A DNA stretch of 64,000 nt from an uncultured Lachnospiraceae bacterium (GCA_910584965.1 CAJUDZ010000011.1:17088-81087), one strand, 5' to 3'; positions 1 through 10,129 are shown, numbered from the stretch's first letter. The notes: generated from the letters alone by a model not told the origin. Made by a program: numbers and translations.

Positions 1-825
<825 letters not shown>

Positions 826-1100
826 TCATATCCTCCTTTACCGTATCTTGCTTTGTCATTTTACATTATAGTATGCCGCGGAAAAATCCACAACCACATT
901 TCCTATGAAAAAGCATAGAAATTTTATTCGGTTTTTTATACAAATTGTACAATGATACAGTAATTCAGGTATAATTGTATACAATCTGTAAAGCCATACA
1001 GCGTATGTACCGCTTTTATGACGGTTTCTGTAAAGCATCCATCTTTCCCCGGCGTCATCCATCGGCACAACGACCCTTTTTCCGGCAAAAGGCCGGCCGG

Positions 1101-1532
1101 TTACAGGTATTCTTTCATCTGTTCGATGCTTTTTGCTTCAAAATCCATCAGTTCCCGGGCCAGCTCGACGGAACGGTCCTGGGCCAGTTCATTATGCTTG
1201 ACCGTCTTATACATACTGGTCATCCCCCGGCTGCTTCCCTGAATCATCATTTCTGCCAGATGACTTGTGCTGACGTTCAGCATTGTGCCCATATGAACGC
1301 TGCCGCGAAGCACAAAATCCACGATCTGATTGCTTCTGTACGTACCGCTCTGCCCCTCGATCAGCCTTTCCACAGCGTCATTATGGATTCTCGCATATCC
1401 GATGGACTGTCTGGAAAGTTTCAATGTAAAATCATTATCCGTTGTTTTGTCCAAAAGCGTATCGATCGTTGTCATCGCCATCTGCGTATTCCGCTGAATC
1501 TCCCGTAAAATCGTAATATCATCCTGTTTCAT
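1101..1532 (-). CDS. hypothetical helical protein, 143 aa
   Basis: ORF 1101..1652 trimmed to the internal ATG (MKQDDITILREIQ) at 1532, which has an AGGAG RBS at 1539-1545 and removes the overlap with the upstream gene. No family recognised. Confidence 0.55.
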   Translation of the reverse strand: MKQDDITILREIQRNTQMAMTTIDTLLDKTTDNDFTLKLSRQSIGYARIHNDAVERLIEGQSGTYRSNQIVDFVLRGSVHMGTMLNVSTSHLAEMMIQGSSRGMTSMYKTVKHNELAQDRSVELARELMDFEAKSIEQMKEYL

Positions 1533-1626
1533 AGCCGTCTCCTGTTCACAAAAAAAGAGTATAGATTTTACTCTACACTCTTTACTATTGCCATATTTTC
1601 CATCTTTAATCATGAAGCCGACTTCA

Positions 1627-2925
1627 TTACTCCACATAATCGGATTTGACATAAGCAGTCTTTCCGTTGTACTTGATCTTCGTCCAGCCGTCCGCCTGCT
1701 TCATAACAAGCTCCAGCTCTTCGCCGACATAGGCCGTCCCCAGCTTCTCGCCGTTCTCGCTGGCTGAACTTCTGATTCTGACATTCTCGATAACAGTTAC
1801 CGTTCCGTTCGTTTCAGCAGCCGCAGTCTCCGTATGATCTTCCTGCGGTTCTTCTTCGACTTCCACTTCATTGTTGTTATCTACGACTTCCGTCTCGATA
1901 TCTTCCAGAAATTCGCTCTTGATATACGCGGCTCCGCCTTCGTATTCGATCTTGCTCCATCCGTTACCGATCTTTTCTAACAGCTTAAACTCATCGCCAA
2001 TAGCCGCTTTGCCGAGTTTATCGGCCGTCTCGCTGTCGGATGACCTGATGTTCACAACATCCGTTGCCTTCACTTTCGTTACAACAACCTCCGGTCCTTC
2101 CTCCGCGTTTTCATCGGTTCCCGTCTCAGCATCCGCCGTTTCGGCACCGGCTTCCGTTTCGCTGTCCTCAGTCTCCTGTGCCAGCGCTCCGCCTACATTT
2201 TTCTTGATTTCATCATTCAAATCCAGAATAAACTGCGCCAGATCCGGATTCTCCGCCACCATATCATTGTATTCGGCGGCAACCTTATTGTTCAGATCGA
2301 TTACATCATCCTGCAACGTGACCTGCTCGATATAAGCCAGCTCGTTATCGGTACAGCCATCGCTTTCGTTAATATAATATGTTCCGTTTTCGTCCACACA
2401 GACATAAAAAACTTTCATGCCCGGAAGCAGATCTTCATAATCCGTAAACTTCAATTCGGAACAGACATATACGATATAGGTATTCTCCAACGGTCCTTCT
2501 TTGGTATAAATATCCAGCGTCGAATAAGCATCTATATATTTGCTCGTTTCTTCAATGCGAAGTACTTCCGAATCGTCGATATCGCTTACCAAAGAGCGGA
2601 TTGTATCGATATCACCGGCCGCCTGCGCCGTATAGTACGTGTTGATGAGTTCCGTAATTCCTGAAATCGTATTCTGCTGTAATGCAACCTCCGGAACGAC
2701 ATATTCTGCCGATTCCATTGTATCCTCTAATGTACTGTTCGCAGCGATATTTTCCTGCTGCTCCGTTTCTTTCTTGTTTGCCCTGATAGAAATAACAACA
2801 GTAATGATTACGCAGGCCGCCAAAACAACAGGCATTACAATTTTGGCATGTCTGACGAGCCAGCTTCCGAGACTGTCAAGTTTCGCCAAAAGAATATCCC
2901 CTAAACCATTATTTGACGTTTTCAT
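1627..2925 (-). CDS. membrane-anchored protein with acidic linker and two C-terminal bacterial SH3 domains
   Basis: N-terminal TM segment (VMPVVLAACVIITVVISI). Two SH3b-like repeats (VVNIRSSDSETADKLGKAAIGDEFKLLEKIGNGWSKIEYEGGAAYIKSEF and NVRIRSSASENGEKLGTAYVGEELELVMKQADGWTKIKYNGKTAYVKSDY). Confidence 0.75.
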   Translation of the reverse strand: MKTSNNGLGDILLAKLDSLGSWLVRHAKIVMPVVLAACVIITVVISIRANKKETEQQENIAANSTLEDTMESAEYVVPEVALQQNTISGITELINTYYTAQAAGDIDTIRSLVSDIDDSEVLRIEETSKYIDAYSTLDIYTKEGPLENTYIVYVCSELKFTDYEDLLPGMKVFYVCVDENGTYYINESDGCTDNELAYIEQVTLQDDVIDLNNKVAAEYNDMVAENPDLAQFILDLNDEIKKNVGGALAQETEDSETEAGAETADAETGTDENAEEGPEVVVTKVKATDVVNIRSSDSETADKLGKAAIGDEFKLLEKIGNGWSKIEYEGGAAYIKSEFLEDIETEVVDNNNEVEVEEEPQEDHTETAAAETNGTVTVIENVRIRSSASENGEKLGTAYVGEELELVMKQADGWTKIKYNGKTAYVKSDYVE

Positions 2926-2963
2926 AATCTACAACCTTTCTTCATTTAAAAAGATGATGCAAA

Positions 2964-3035
2964 TGCACCCGACAGGAATCGAACCTGCATCAAAGGCGTC
3001 GGAGGCCTACGTTTTATCCGTTAGACTACGGGTGC
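2964..3035 (-). tRNA. tRNA-Arg (anticodon CCG), CCA not encoded
   Basis: Minus-strand read GCACCCGTAGTCTAACGGATAAAACGTAGGCCTCCGACGCCTTTGATGCAGGTTCGATTCCTGTCGGGTGCA. It has a 7-bp acceptor stem, GTTCGATTC T-loop and anticodon loop CTCCGAC. Confidence 0.9.
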
Positions 3036-3067
3036 ATATGTTACAAAATTATTACATCATCTTGTTT

Positions 3068-3096
3068 ATAATACCATAAGAAAGCCGTCTTGTCCA
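3068..3096 (-). promoter_or_regulatory. candidate sigma-A promoter for tRNA-Arg (TGGACA-17 nt-TATTAT)
   Basis: -35 at 3091-3096 and -10 at 3068-3073 on the minus strand, about 30 nt upstream of the tRNA 5' end. Confidence 0.4.
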
Positions 3097-3306
3097 GTAC
3101 CATACGCAAAGAAAATTTTTCCTTTTAAAAACTTAAAAAAAACGCCATATTTTCGGGCATTCCGGCGGCATTCACAGCCGCCGGAACAGATATTTTGCAA
3201 AATAAATTTCTTTTTTACCCTTCTGTCCGGCCCGAACTTTCTTCATCCGAAGCCGGCCGGATTATCTTTTCACATAACCTCCTTTTCGTCCGTCATACAG
3301 GACATT

Positions 3307-4248
3307 CTACTTTTCACCAAATATCACTACTTTTCCCAAAACTCTGTCATAATAGTAGACATTGTATGACAGCCGTTCTTCCGGCTCAACCTGCGCATCG
3401 TTCACTTCTTTTACCATATCGGTGTAAAATTCCTTCCCCGTTATGCCGTCGTCGGGTACAAGGATCACTTCATGAACGGAGCTTGGCAGAATGATCAGAT
3501 TCTTATTCAGTTCTCCGGCCAGCTTCTTCATGGAACTGGAATAAAGAAGCGCGGATGCACCGAATATTCTGTCACAGTTGCTCAAAACATACATTGCGGA
3601 ATTACGCTCCATCGCCACATCAGCCCCTTTCGGCATTTCAATCCGGACTTCCCTCCTGTCATGGCAATGTTTCTGCTCCACAAATTCCTGAATAAGCTGT
3701 CTGACCGGCATCATTTCTTCCGGCCTCATCCGCAGCATATTGGCCTTTGCCGTTTCGTACAGAACCGGCACATCGATTTCCCACATGGCCAGATGGCTGT
3801 TCTTAATGAGAATGGTGGCTTTTCCAAAGCACGCATCCTCAAACGCATAGTAAAATACAATCGCGAGATCGTTCCATTCCACATAAGGGATTTCCGCCAG
3901 CATTTCTCTGTTGCTCTCCCGATGAATCAGTTTATACAGAATCCTGCTTTTTGCACGCGCAAACTGCGTAAAAAACTCCATGTCCATGTTGATCTCTCTG
4001 GCATTCTTCCTGTACACACATAAAATATCGTATATGATATCTCCGAAAGCCCGCCCGTCCTCATGTTCTTCATACAATTCATCGATATAAACGGTGGGCG
4101 ATACATTGCTTTCCTTTCCTGTAATAATAATGCCGTGCAGGCGGACTCCGTTATTCTTCGTCACCTCCCGGAACGCAATTTCATATTCCGCTCCCATAAC
4201 TTCTCTCAACGCATCGCAAATTTTGTTTCCAAACTCTTCCAATCTCAT
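3307..4248 (-). CDS. hypothetical protein, resembles the DUF5688 family
   Basis: ORF 3307..4311 trimmed to MRLEEFGNKICDALREV at 4248 (RBS GAGAGGA at 4253-4259). The family assignment is from memory of the N-terminal pattern (...NVSPTVYIDELYEE...), not from a search. Confidence 0.6.
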   Translation of the reverse strand: MRLEEFGNKICDALREVMGAEYEIAFREVTKNNGVRLHGIIITGKESNVSPTVYIDELYEEHEDGRAFGDIIYDILCVYRKNAREINMDMEFFTQFARAKSRILYKLIHRESNREMLAEIPYVEWNDLAIVFYYAFEDACFGKATILIKNSHLAMWEIDVPVLYETAKANMLRMRPEEMMPVRQLIQEFVEQKHCHDRREVRIEMPKGADVAMERNSAMYVLSNCDRIFGASALLYSSSMKKLAGELNKNLIILPSSVHEVILVPDDGITGKEFYTDMVKEVNDAQVEPEERLSYNVYYYDRVLGKVVIFGEK

Positions 4249-4378
4249 ATTGTCCTCTCTTTCTCTTCTCTCCGGACCATACGAGCATGTCTGCGGCAGT
4301 ACCGCAGGCATTGAGCGGTTTTTTCCGCAATTTTACCAATACTTTAGACCGCCGCGATTACAGCAATTTCCTGATAGC

Positions 4379-4416
4379 ATAAAAAGACAATGGACGCTTA
4401 CGTTTTCCATTGTCTT
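4379..4416 (-). terminator. intrinsic terminator after efp
   Basis: 11-bp stem AAGACAATGGA/TCCATTGTCTT (4384-4394 and 4406-4416), followed on the minus strand by TTTTTAT. Confidence 0.7.
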
Positions 4417-4447
4417 TCAGGCTTTCAAAATCATGTATGCAGTATTC

Positions 4448-5005
4448 TTATACTCTTGACAGATATTCTCCCGTTCTGGTATCGATCTTAATCACTTCAC
4501 CCTGATTAACGAATAACGGTACCATTACTTTCGCGCCGGTCTCTACGATCGCAGGCTTGGTCGCACCAGTCGCCGTATCGCCTTTAAAGCCGGGCTCCGT
4601 ATCTGTAATTTCAAGTTCAACGAATAACGGCGGTTCGATCGCGAATACATTGCCGTTGTAGGAACAAATCTTCACCATTTCGTTCTCTTTTACGAATTTC
4701 AGCGCATCCCCTACGGTATCGCTGTTCAATGCAACCTGATCATAATTCTCCGTATCCATAAAATTGAACAAATCGCCGTCCGAATATAAATACTGCATGT
4801 CCTTTCTGTCGATTCGTGCCTGTGGGCATTTCTCAGTCGGTCTGAAAGTCTTCTCGACAACGCCTCCGTTGATGATATTTTTCAGTTTCGTTCTGACAAA
4901 AGCCGCGCCTTTGCCCGGTTTTACATGCTGAAACTCTACTATCTGATAAACGTTGCCTTCATACTCAATCGTAATACCATTCCTGAAATCGCCTGCAGAT
5001 ATCAT
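4448..5005 (-). CDS. efp: elongation factor P
   Basis: [44 protein letters not shown]. Start moved to the ATG at 5005, with GGAGGA 8 nt upstream. Confidence 0.95.
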   Translation of the reverse strand: MISAGDFRNGITIEYEGNVYQIVEFQHVKPGKGAAFVRTKLKNIINGGVVEKTFRPTEKCPQARIDRKDMQYLYSDGDLFNFMDTENYDQVALNSDTVGDALKFVKENEMVKICSYNGNVFAIEPPLFVELEITDTEPGFKGDTATGATKPAIVETGAKVMVPLFVNQGEVIKIDTRTGEYLSRV

Positions 5006-5113
5006 AAAATAATCCTCCTGAATCTTCACTTTGTTTTCACATTATAATTCTTATATAGTTTATACTATAAAGTTTCATTTTTCAACCTCTTTCCCAAAAA
5101 AGAGGAAAACTTT

Positions 5114-5560
5114 TTATTCGCCGCTCTCTCCGTCCTTTCCAAGAATGAAGTCGATCGCCATCAGGTATCCGTCGAGGCCTTTTCCGTAGATCTGTTTGTC
5201 GCATGCGGGCGCGGTTACGGATATTTTGCGGAAATCCTCGCGTTCCATAATATTGGAAATATGTATTTCCACCTTTTTAACCGCAATACTCGCAAGCGCA
5301 TCGCGGATTGCGTAGCTGTAATGGGTATAGGCGCCGGGATTGATCACAATGCCTTCCGTGCCGTCAAAATAAGCATCCTGTATCCGGTCGATGATGGCGC
5401 CTTCATGGTTGCTCTGAAACACTTCCAGCGAACATCCTTCCTTCTGCCCTTTCTCGGCTATCATCTTTAACATATCATCGTAATCCTTTGTTCCGTAAAC
5501 GCTCTTTTCCCGGATTCCGAGAAAATTCAGGTTCGGTCCGTTTATTACCAGTATTTTCAT
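5114..5560 (-). CDS. aroQ: type II 3-dehydroquinate dehydratase
   Basis: Motifs INGPNLN, QSNHEG, INPGAYTHYS, EIHISN. Confidence 0.9.
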   Translation of the reverse strand: MKILVINGPNLNFLGIREKSVYGTKDYDDMLKMIAEKGQKEGCSLEVFQSNHEGAIIDRIQDAYFDGTEGIVINPGAYTHYSYAIRDALASIAVKKVEIHISNIMEREDFRKISVTAPACDKQIYGKGLDGYLMAIDFILGKDGESGE

Positions 5561-6084
5561 TTTTCCGACAATGCTCCTTTCTCTGTCGCTTTCGCGATCT
5601 CATCCAGTATGGTGTCAAAATCTTTATCATCTACGTCGATGATAATATCGGACGCTTTTTCATAAATATCTTTTCTGGCCTCCAGCAGCGTCCGGATTTT
5701 TCCCTGCGGGTCATCTCCCTGTAAAAGAGGCCGGGACGCATCGTGTTTTGTCCGCTCATAAATGGTCTCCGCATTGGCGCGCAGATACACGACCGTGCCG
5801 AGTTTCTTTAACAGCGCGCGGTTTTCTTCCCGCACGGGCAGGCCGCCTCCGACGGAAATAATCGTATTTTGGGCCGTCCGCATCAGCTTTTTTAAACAGG
5901 CCGTCTCCAGATCGCGGAAAAAGGCTTCCCCTTCGGTCCCGAAAATCTCTGAAATCGTCCTTCCCTCTTCTTTTTCGATCAGCTTATCCGTATCCACCAT
6001 CGGCTGACGCAGACGATATGACAGCCGGATACCGACCGTCGTTTTGCCGCATCCCATAAAGCCGGTCAGAACAATATTTCCCAT
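5557..6084 (-). CDS. aroK: shikimate kinase
   Basis: ORF trimmed to MGNIVLTGFMGCGKTTVG (Walker A) at 6084. 4-nt overlap with aroQ. Confidence 0.85.
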   Translation of the reverse strand: MGNIVLTGFMGCGKTTVGIRLSYRLRQPMVDTDKLIEKEEGRTISEIFGTEGEAFFRDLETACLKKLMRTAQNTIISVGGGLPVREENRALLKKLGTVVYLRANAETIYERTKHDASRPLLQGDDPQGKIRTLLEARKDIYEKASDIIIDVDDKDFDTILDEIAKATEKGALSEK

Positions 6085-6109
6085 AAGCCTGTCCTTCCTC
6101 CCTCTCCGG

Positions 6110-6979
6110 TCATGCAAAAAGCCCCATCGCCTGCCGCAGTTTCTCATAAACAAGCCCGGCTTCTTCTTCCGTAATTTCCACTCCGTTCCACAGTTCATAG
6201 GCGATAATACCCTGATAGAGCAGCATTTTCAGCCCGTTATAAGCCTTTCCGCCCGCTTCCTGCACAAGGGACATGAAACGGGTCGTAAAAGGACGGTAAA
6301 TCAGGTCAAAGCCCGTATGTATTTTCCGGTAAAAAGCGGCGTCATCAATCACCACATCTTCCGTATTGGGCGCAAGTCCCACGGAAGTGCCCTGAATCGC
6401 CAGAAATTTCCCGTCAGGCAGTTTCTGATAATCCGACAAAAGCATCGGCACGATCACATCCCGGCCGAATGCCCCGTTGACTTCCTCCGCCACCTGTTCC
6501 GCTTTTTCCCTCGTCCGGTTAAGCAGCCAGACCTTCCCGGCCTTCTGTGCGCCGCAAAGATAAGCCACCGCCCTGGCCGCGCCGCCCGCGCCGAGCAGAA
6601 TGATCTCTTCACCTTCGATGCGGATGCCTTCTCCCGTCATCGCCCGGTATAACCCCGTCATATCCGTATTATATCCCTTATAGCCGCCATCGGTTCGTAC
6701 AAGCGTATTGACCGCGCCGATATGGGCCGCCAGCTCGTCCGTCTCCACAAGACTTTCGATCACCGCGCTCTTATAGGGCACCGTCACGTTCAATCCGAGA
6801 ACATTCAGCGCACAGGCGCCTTTCACCGCCTCCGCAAGCCGGCCCTCTTCCACCTGAAAAGGCACATAGACCAGATTATGGCCGCATTTTTCTGCCAGTG
6901 TATTATGGATGACCGGCGACATGGTGTGTTCCACCGGATTGCCGATCAGGCCGCACAGCCTCGTTTTCCCGTCGATCAT
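6110..6979 (-). CDS. aroE: shikimate dehydrogenase
   Basis: LCGLIGNPVEHTMSPVIHN, YKGYNTDMTG, LLGAGGAARA. Confidence 0.9.
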   Translation of the reverse strand: MIDGKTRLCGLIGNPVEHTMSPVIHNTLAEKCGHNLVYVPFQVEEGRLAEAVKGACALNVLGLNVTVPYKSAVIESLVETDELAAHIGAVNTLVRTDGGYKGYNTDMTGLYRAMTGEGIRIEGEEIILLGAGGAARAVAYLCGAQKAGKVWLLNRTREKAEQVAEEVNGAFGRDVIVPMLLSDYQKLPDGKFLAIQGTSVGLAPNTEDVVIDDAAFYRKIHTGFDLIYRPFTTRFMSLVQEAGGKAYNGLKMLLYQGIIAYELWNGVEITEEEAGLVYEKLRQAMGLFA

Positions 6980-7533
6980 GATGTCCGCCCCTTTCTTTCT
7001 CCGGCACCGCTCCCTGCGCCGGCCGGCCCGTTTTTTCCCTGCTGCCTCTTATAGAAAAAAAGCACCACTTTTTCCAGAATCCGTTTCAGTACGATCTGGA
7101 TTTCTTCCTTAGGATGAATGGGCTTTACCAGATACGTCCGTATGCCGGCTTTCTTTGCCCCCCATACGTCCGTAAAAAGCTGGTCCCCGACAAACAGCGT
7201 GGTTTCCGGCGTCGTCCCCATCATCCGCATGGCCTTCTGATAGCTCGCCGGAAAAGGCTTGTTCGCCTTATAAATATAACGGGAACCCACCTTATCATTA
7301 AAAGTCCTGACTCTCGGTTCCTTATTATTCGATAAGAGCATACTCTCGTAGCCGATTTCCCGCAGTCTCTGAAACAGGAAAATACTCCGTTCATCCGCCG
7401 GCGCCCCGTGAGGTACAAGCGTATTATCGACATCGAAAATAACGCCGCGGTATCCCTCCCGATACAGGCCCGCATAATCTATTTCATAGGCTGAATCCAG
7501 ATATACATCCGGATAAAAACGCTCAAACATCAT
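6976..7533 (-). CDS. yqeG: YqeG-family HAD-IIIA phosphatase
   Basis: VIFDVDNTLV, LLSNN, FVGDQLFTDVWGAKKAGIRTYLVKP. 4-nt overlap with aroE; yqeG-aroE linkage is also seen in Bacillus. Confidence 0.8.
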   Translation of the reverse strand: MMFERFYPDVYLDSAYEIDYAGLYREGYRGVIFDVDNTLVPHGAPADERSIFLFQRLREIGYESMLLSNNKEPRVRTFNDKVGSRYIYKANKPFPASYQKAMRMMGTTPETTLFVGDQLFTDVWGAKKAGIRTYLVKPIHPKEEIQIVLKRILEKVVLFFYKRQQGKNGPAGAGSGAGERKGRTS

Positions 7534-7574
7534 GATATCCAGCTCCTTTCCCGATCTCTCCCGTTTTTATGCCT

Positions 7575-7600
7575 GAAAAAAGGCGCCGCCCGGCAGCACC
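7575..7600 (-). terminator. intrinsic terminator after the 89-aa membrane protein gene
   Basis: Minus strand GGTGCTGCCGGGCGGCGCC followed by TTTTTT. Confidence 0.6.
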
Positions 7601-7603
7601 TTC

Positions 7604-7873
7604 TTACAGATTCTTAACAATATGATTATATCTTGCCGTAAAAACGATTTTGACAATCGTGCTGAGCAGCATCAGCAGAATATCCCATAATAAAAAGGAA
7701 TAGGCATTTTGTATGAATGCCTGATACCACGCCGCGCCTTCCCAGATCTTGTTCCCGAAAAAAATAAATAACAAAAGAAGCAACGCTATGGTCATAAAGA
7801 ACCAGCGAAAACCGTTTGCAACCGTCATCGGCACGCTGGCCTTCGCCGCGATTTCTTTCTGCTGCTCAGTCAT
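7604..7873 (-). CDS. small membrane protein, 89 aa, two predicted TM helices
   Basis: Hydrophobic segments FRWFFMTIALLLLLFIFF and FLLWDILLMLLSTIVKIVF. GGAAAGGAAG RBS upstream of the ATG. Confidence 0.6.
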   Translation of the reverse strand: MTEQQKEIAAKASVPMTVANGFRWFFMTIALLLLLFIFFGNKIWEGAAWYQAFIQNAYSFLLWDILLMLLSTIVKIVFTARYNHIVKNL

Positions 7874-7900
7874 ATAAACTTCCTTTCCATCCCGCTGCGG

Positions 7901-8371
7901 TTATCCGACGGGATTCTCCGATGTATCCAGAACTTTCTTCAGCTCATCCATAAATGTATTGATATCTTTAAACTCACGATAAACGGAAGCGAATCTGACA
8001 TAAGCCACCGCTTCTAAATCCTTCAGTTTATTCATGACAAGCTCGCCGATCACCTGACTGGAGATTTCCTTTTCTTCCCGGTTAAAAATATCCGTCTCGA
8101 TTTCGTCGATTAACTGATTAATCCGGTTAATACTGATCGGCCGCTTATGACAGGCCCGAAGCACGCCGGCCTCAATTTTGGTTCTGTCGTAAGTTTCCCT
8201 GTTATTGTCTTTTTTGATGATAATTAACGGAATCGTTTCGACTTTCTCATATGTCGTAAAACGCTTCTCGCATTCGTCGCACACGCGCCTTCTTCTGATC
8301 GAATTATTATCTTCCGCCGGTCTGCTGTCGATAACTCTTGTATTTTCATGACCACAAAATGGACATTTCAT
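7901..8371 (-). CDS. nrdR: transcriptional repressor NrdR
   Basis: Trimmed to MKCPFCGHENTRVIDSRP...RRRRVCDECEKRFTTYE (zinc ribbon plus ATP-cone). Confidence 0.9.
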   Translation of the reverse strand: MKCPFCGHENTRVIDSRPAEDNNSIRRRRVCDECEKRFTTYEKVETIPLIIIKKDNNRETYDRTKIEAGVLRACHKRPISINRINQLIDEIETDIFNREEKEISSQVIGELVMNKLKDLEAVAYVRFASVYREFKDINTFMDELKKVLDTSENPVG

Positions 8372-8414
8372 CCCCAATCCCCCATTCATGATGCTCTTTG
8401 ACATATCCAAACAA

Positions 8415-8443
8415 AGCTTACCATAATAATCGAATTATGTCAA
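8415..8443 (-). promoter_or_regulatory. candidate sigma-A promoter for nrdR (TTGACA-17 nt-TAAGCT)
   Basis: -35 at 8438-8443 and -10 at 8415-8420 on the minus strand. Confidence 0.35.
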
Positions 8444-8483
8444 CTGTTATCCGTCTGTCCGTTCTCTATGCAGCGTTCTTTCC

Positions 8484-8723
8484 CTACCCCTTTTTACAGA
8501 TATCCACAATAATAATATCCGGGCCAATCTGCTTGATATCCTTATAACAGATTACATAATCCGGATCATTGCAGAATAGACTGTACAATTTATTGTTGCC
8601 CGGCACAATCAGCTTGTAAATCTGTCCCGTGCATTCGTCAAATTCAAAATCCGCCACCCTGCCCAATTTCTGACAGTTCTTTAAATTTATGACTTCCTTT
8701 TTCTTAAAATCTGAAAACAGCAT
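8484..8723 (-). CDS. ylmC: YlmC/YmxH-family sporulation protein (PRC-barrel)
   Basis: FSDFKKKEVINLKNCQKLGRVADFEFDECTGQIYKLIVPG. Confidence 0.8.
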   Translation of the reverse strand: MLFSDFKKKEVINLKNCQKLGRVADFEFDECTGQIYKLIVPGNNKLYSLFCNDPDYVICYKDIKQIGPDIIIVDICKKG

Positions 8724-8787
8724 ATATTTCCGACACTCTGCCCTTTTTATTATTAAATGCCGGAATGCCGGAAATGTTCCTGTCTTC

Positions 8788-9963
8788 TCAATTTACCTCG
8801 ATATAATCTTTAAAGACGTATCCGATGCTTCCGTCTTCCAGTATAATCTCATACCATTCGCCGCCCGGTTCCACATTCGTATACTCATAAGTCTCCCCTG
8901 CTTTGGCCACCTTTATGACATTGGTTCCCTGGGTAGACGGTTTATCCCTGACGTTGACATTGGAAACAATTATCAGGCTGCCCGCCTGCTGCATCTCCTC
9001 ATAGATGTCTTCCGAGTTCCCGTCTGTCTGATTTCCGCCGTCCGGTTCACCTTCCGTACCTTCGCCTTCCGTACCTTCGCCTTCCGCTCCCGAACCATCT
9101 CCGCTTTCCCCGTCTTCGCCGCCTTCTCCTTCTTCCTGAGTCGTCTGCTGTCCTTCGTCTCCCCCCGCTTCCTTCTTCTTCACCATCGTAAAAATCAGCA
9201 CGGCGGCAATCGCAATGATCAAAAAGATCAGTACGACCGAGACGATCATCATGACGCTGTGGTCTTCTTCCTCGTCATCGTCATCATCGTCGTCATCATC
9301 TTCCCACTCCTCATAATACCGTTCCCGGACGGGCTCCGGCCTTCTCCTTCTCGCCGGTTCGGGAGCCGGAACGGACCTTCTCCTGCGTTCCTCCTCGTAC
9401 TCTTCTTCGTCGCGCACGGGTCTTCTCCTCCGCCCCTCTTCGTATTCCGCGTCACGCGCAGATTTTCGCCTTCTTTCTTCTTCGTATTCCAGCGCCTGCG
9501 GGGATTTCCGGTTGCGTTCCGCTTCGTATTCCAGATCGCGCGCAGATTTTTTCTTTTTCTCTTCTTCATATACTGACGCCTGCGCAGGCTTTCTTCTTTC
9601 TTCCTCATATTCCGGCGCCTGCGGAGCTTTCCGGCTTTTCGGTCTGTCGCTCTCCGTCCCGGACTGTGATTTCCGGCTCTTAGGCTGTTCCGCCTTCCTG
9701 TTCACCCGCATTTCGCGTTCCGTCTCGGACAGAATGTTTTTTTCGATATCGGCAATCGGAATATCTTCTTTCCTGAAAATCTTTGTATCTCCATCCGGCA
9801 TCTCTTTCCCGATCGTTTTACCGCATTCCGGACAAAATTTTGCTCCTTCCCGTAAAGACGCACCGCATTCCGGGCATTTCTGTTTCCTGACTACTTTACA
9901 TCCACACTGGTTACAAAACTTGTCCGTATCCAGCAATTCCGCTCCACACTTTTTACACTTCAT
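8788..9963 (-). CDS. zinc-ribbon / charged-repeat / TM / SH3 domain protein
   Basis: Trimmed to MKCKKCGAELLDTDKFCNQCGCKV...CPECGASLREGAKFCPECG (double zinc ribbon) at 9963. Followed by EYEEERRR-type repeats, poly-D, TM VMMIVSVVLIFLIIAIAAVLIF and a C-terminal SH3b domain. Confidence 0.75.
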   Translation of the reverse strand: MKCKKCGAELLDTDKFCNQCGCKVVRKQKCPECGASLREGAKFCPECGKTIGKEMPDGDTKIFRKEDIPIADIEKNILSETEREMRVNRKAEQPKSRKSQSGTESDRPKSRKAPQAPEYEEERRKPAQASVYEEEKKKKSARDLEYEAERNRKSPQALEYEEERRRKSARDAEYEEGRRRRPVRDEEEYEEERRRRSVPAPEPARRRRPEPVRERYYEEWEDDDDDDDDDEEEDHSVMMIVSVVLIFLIIAIAAVLIFTMVKKKEAGGDEGQQTTQEEGEGGEDGESGDGSGAEGEGTEGEGTEGEPDGGNQTDGNSEDIYEEMQQAGSLIIVSNVNVRDKPSTQGTNVIKVAKAGETYEYTNVEPGGEWYEIILEDGSIGYVFKDYIEVN

Positions 9964-10129
9964 GGTATGCCACCTCTTTAGTTGCTGATTAAAATGAAAT
10001 ATATGAATAATGTACCAGAAATAAACCTCTTTGTAAAACATTTTTTGGATTCCTGAATAAATCGTGAATAATTCCCACGCTTTCGCACATCCTTTTTAGG
10101 AAAGATGATGAAAGGGGATAAGCGATATT

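Noticed and set aside
2964-4311. tRNA-Arg followed by a DUF5688-like gene, as a remnant of an integrated mobile element
   Set aside because: No integrase or recombinase, no att-like duplication of the tRNA 3' end, and no compositional shift that I can see. Flanking genes are core (efp, aro genes).
9249-9608. 119-aa highly basic ORF in an alternative frame of the zinc-ribbon/SH3 gene
   Set aside because: It arises from the GA-rich charged-repeat region. It has no independent RBS and lies fully inside the better-supported frame.
10066-10094. Forespore-type promoter for sigG (GAATA-17 nt-CATCCTT)
   Set aside because: The match to SigF/SigG consensus is weak and the spacing is off by one relative to the consensus I recall. 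It is too uncertain to list as a feature and is mentioned only inside the sigG finding.
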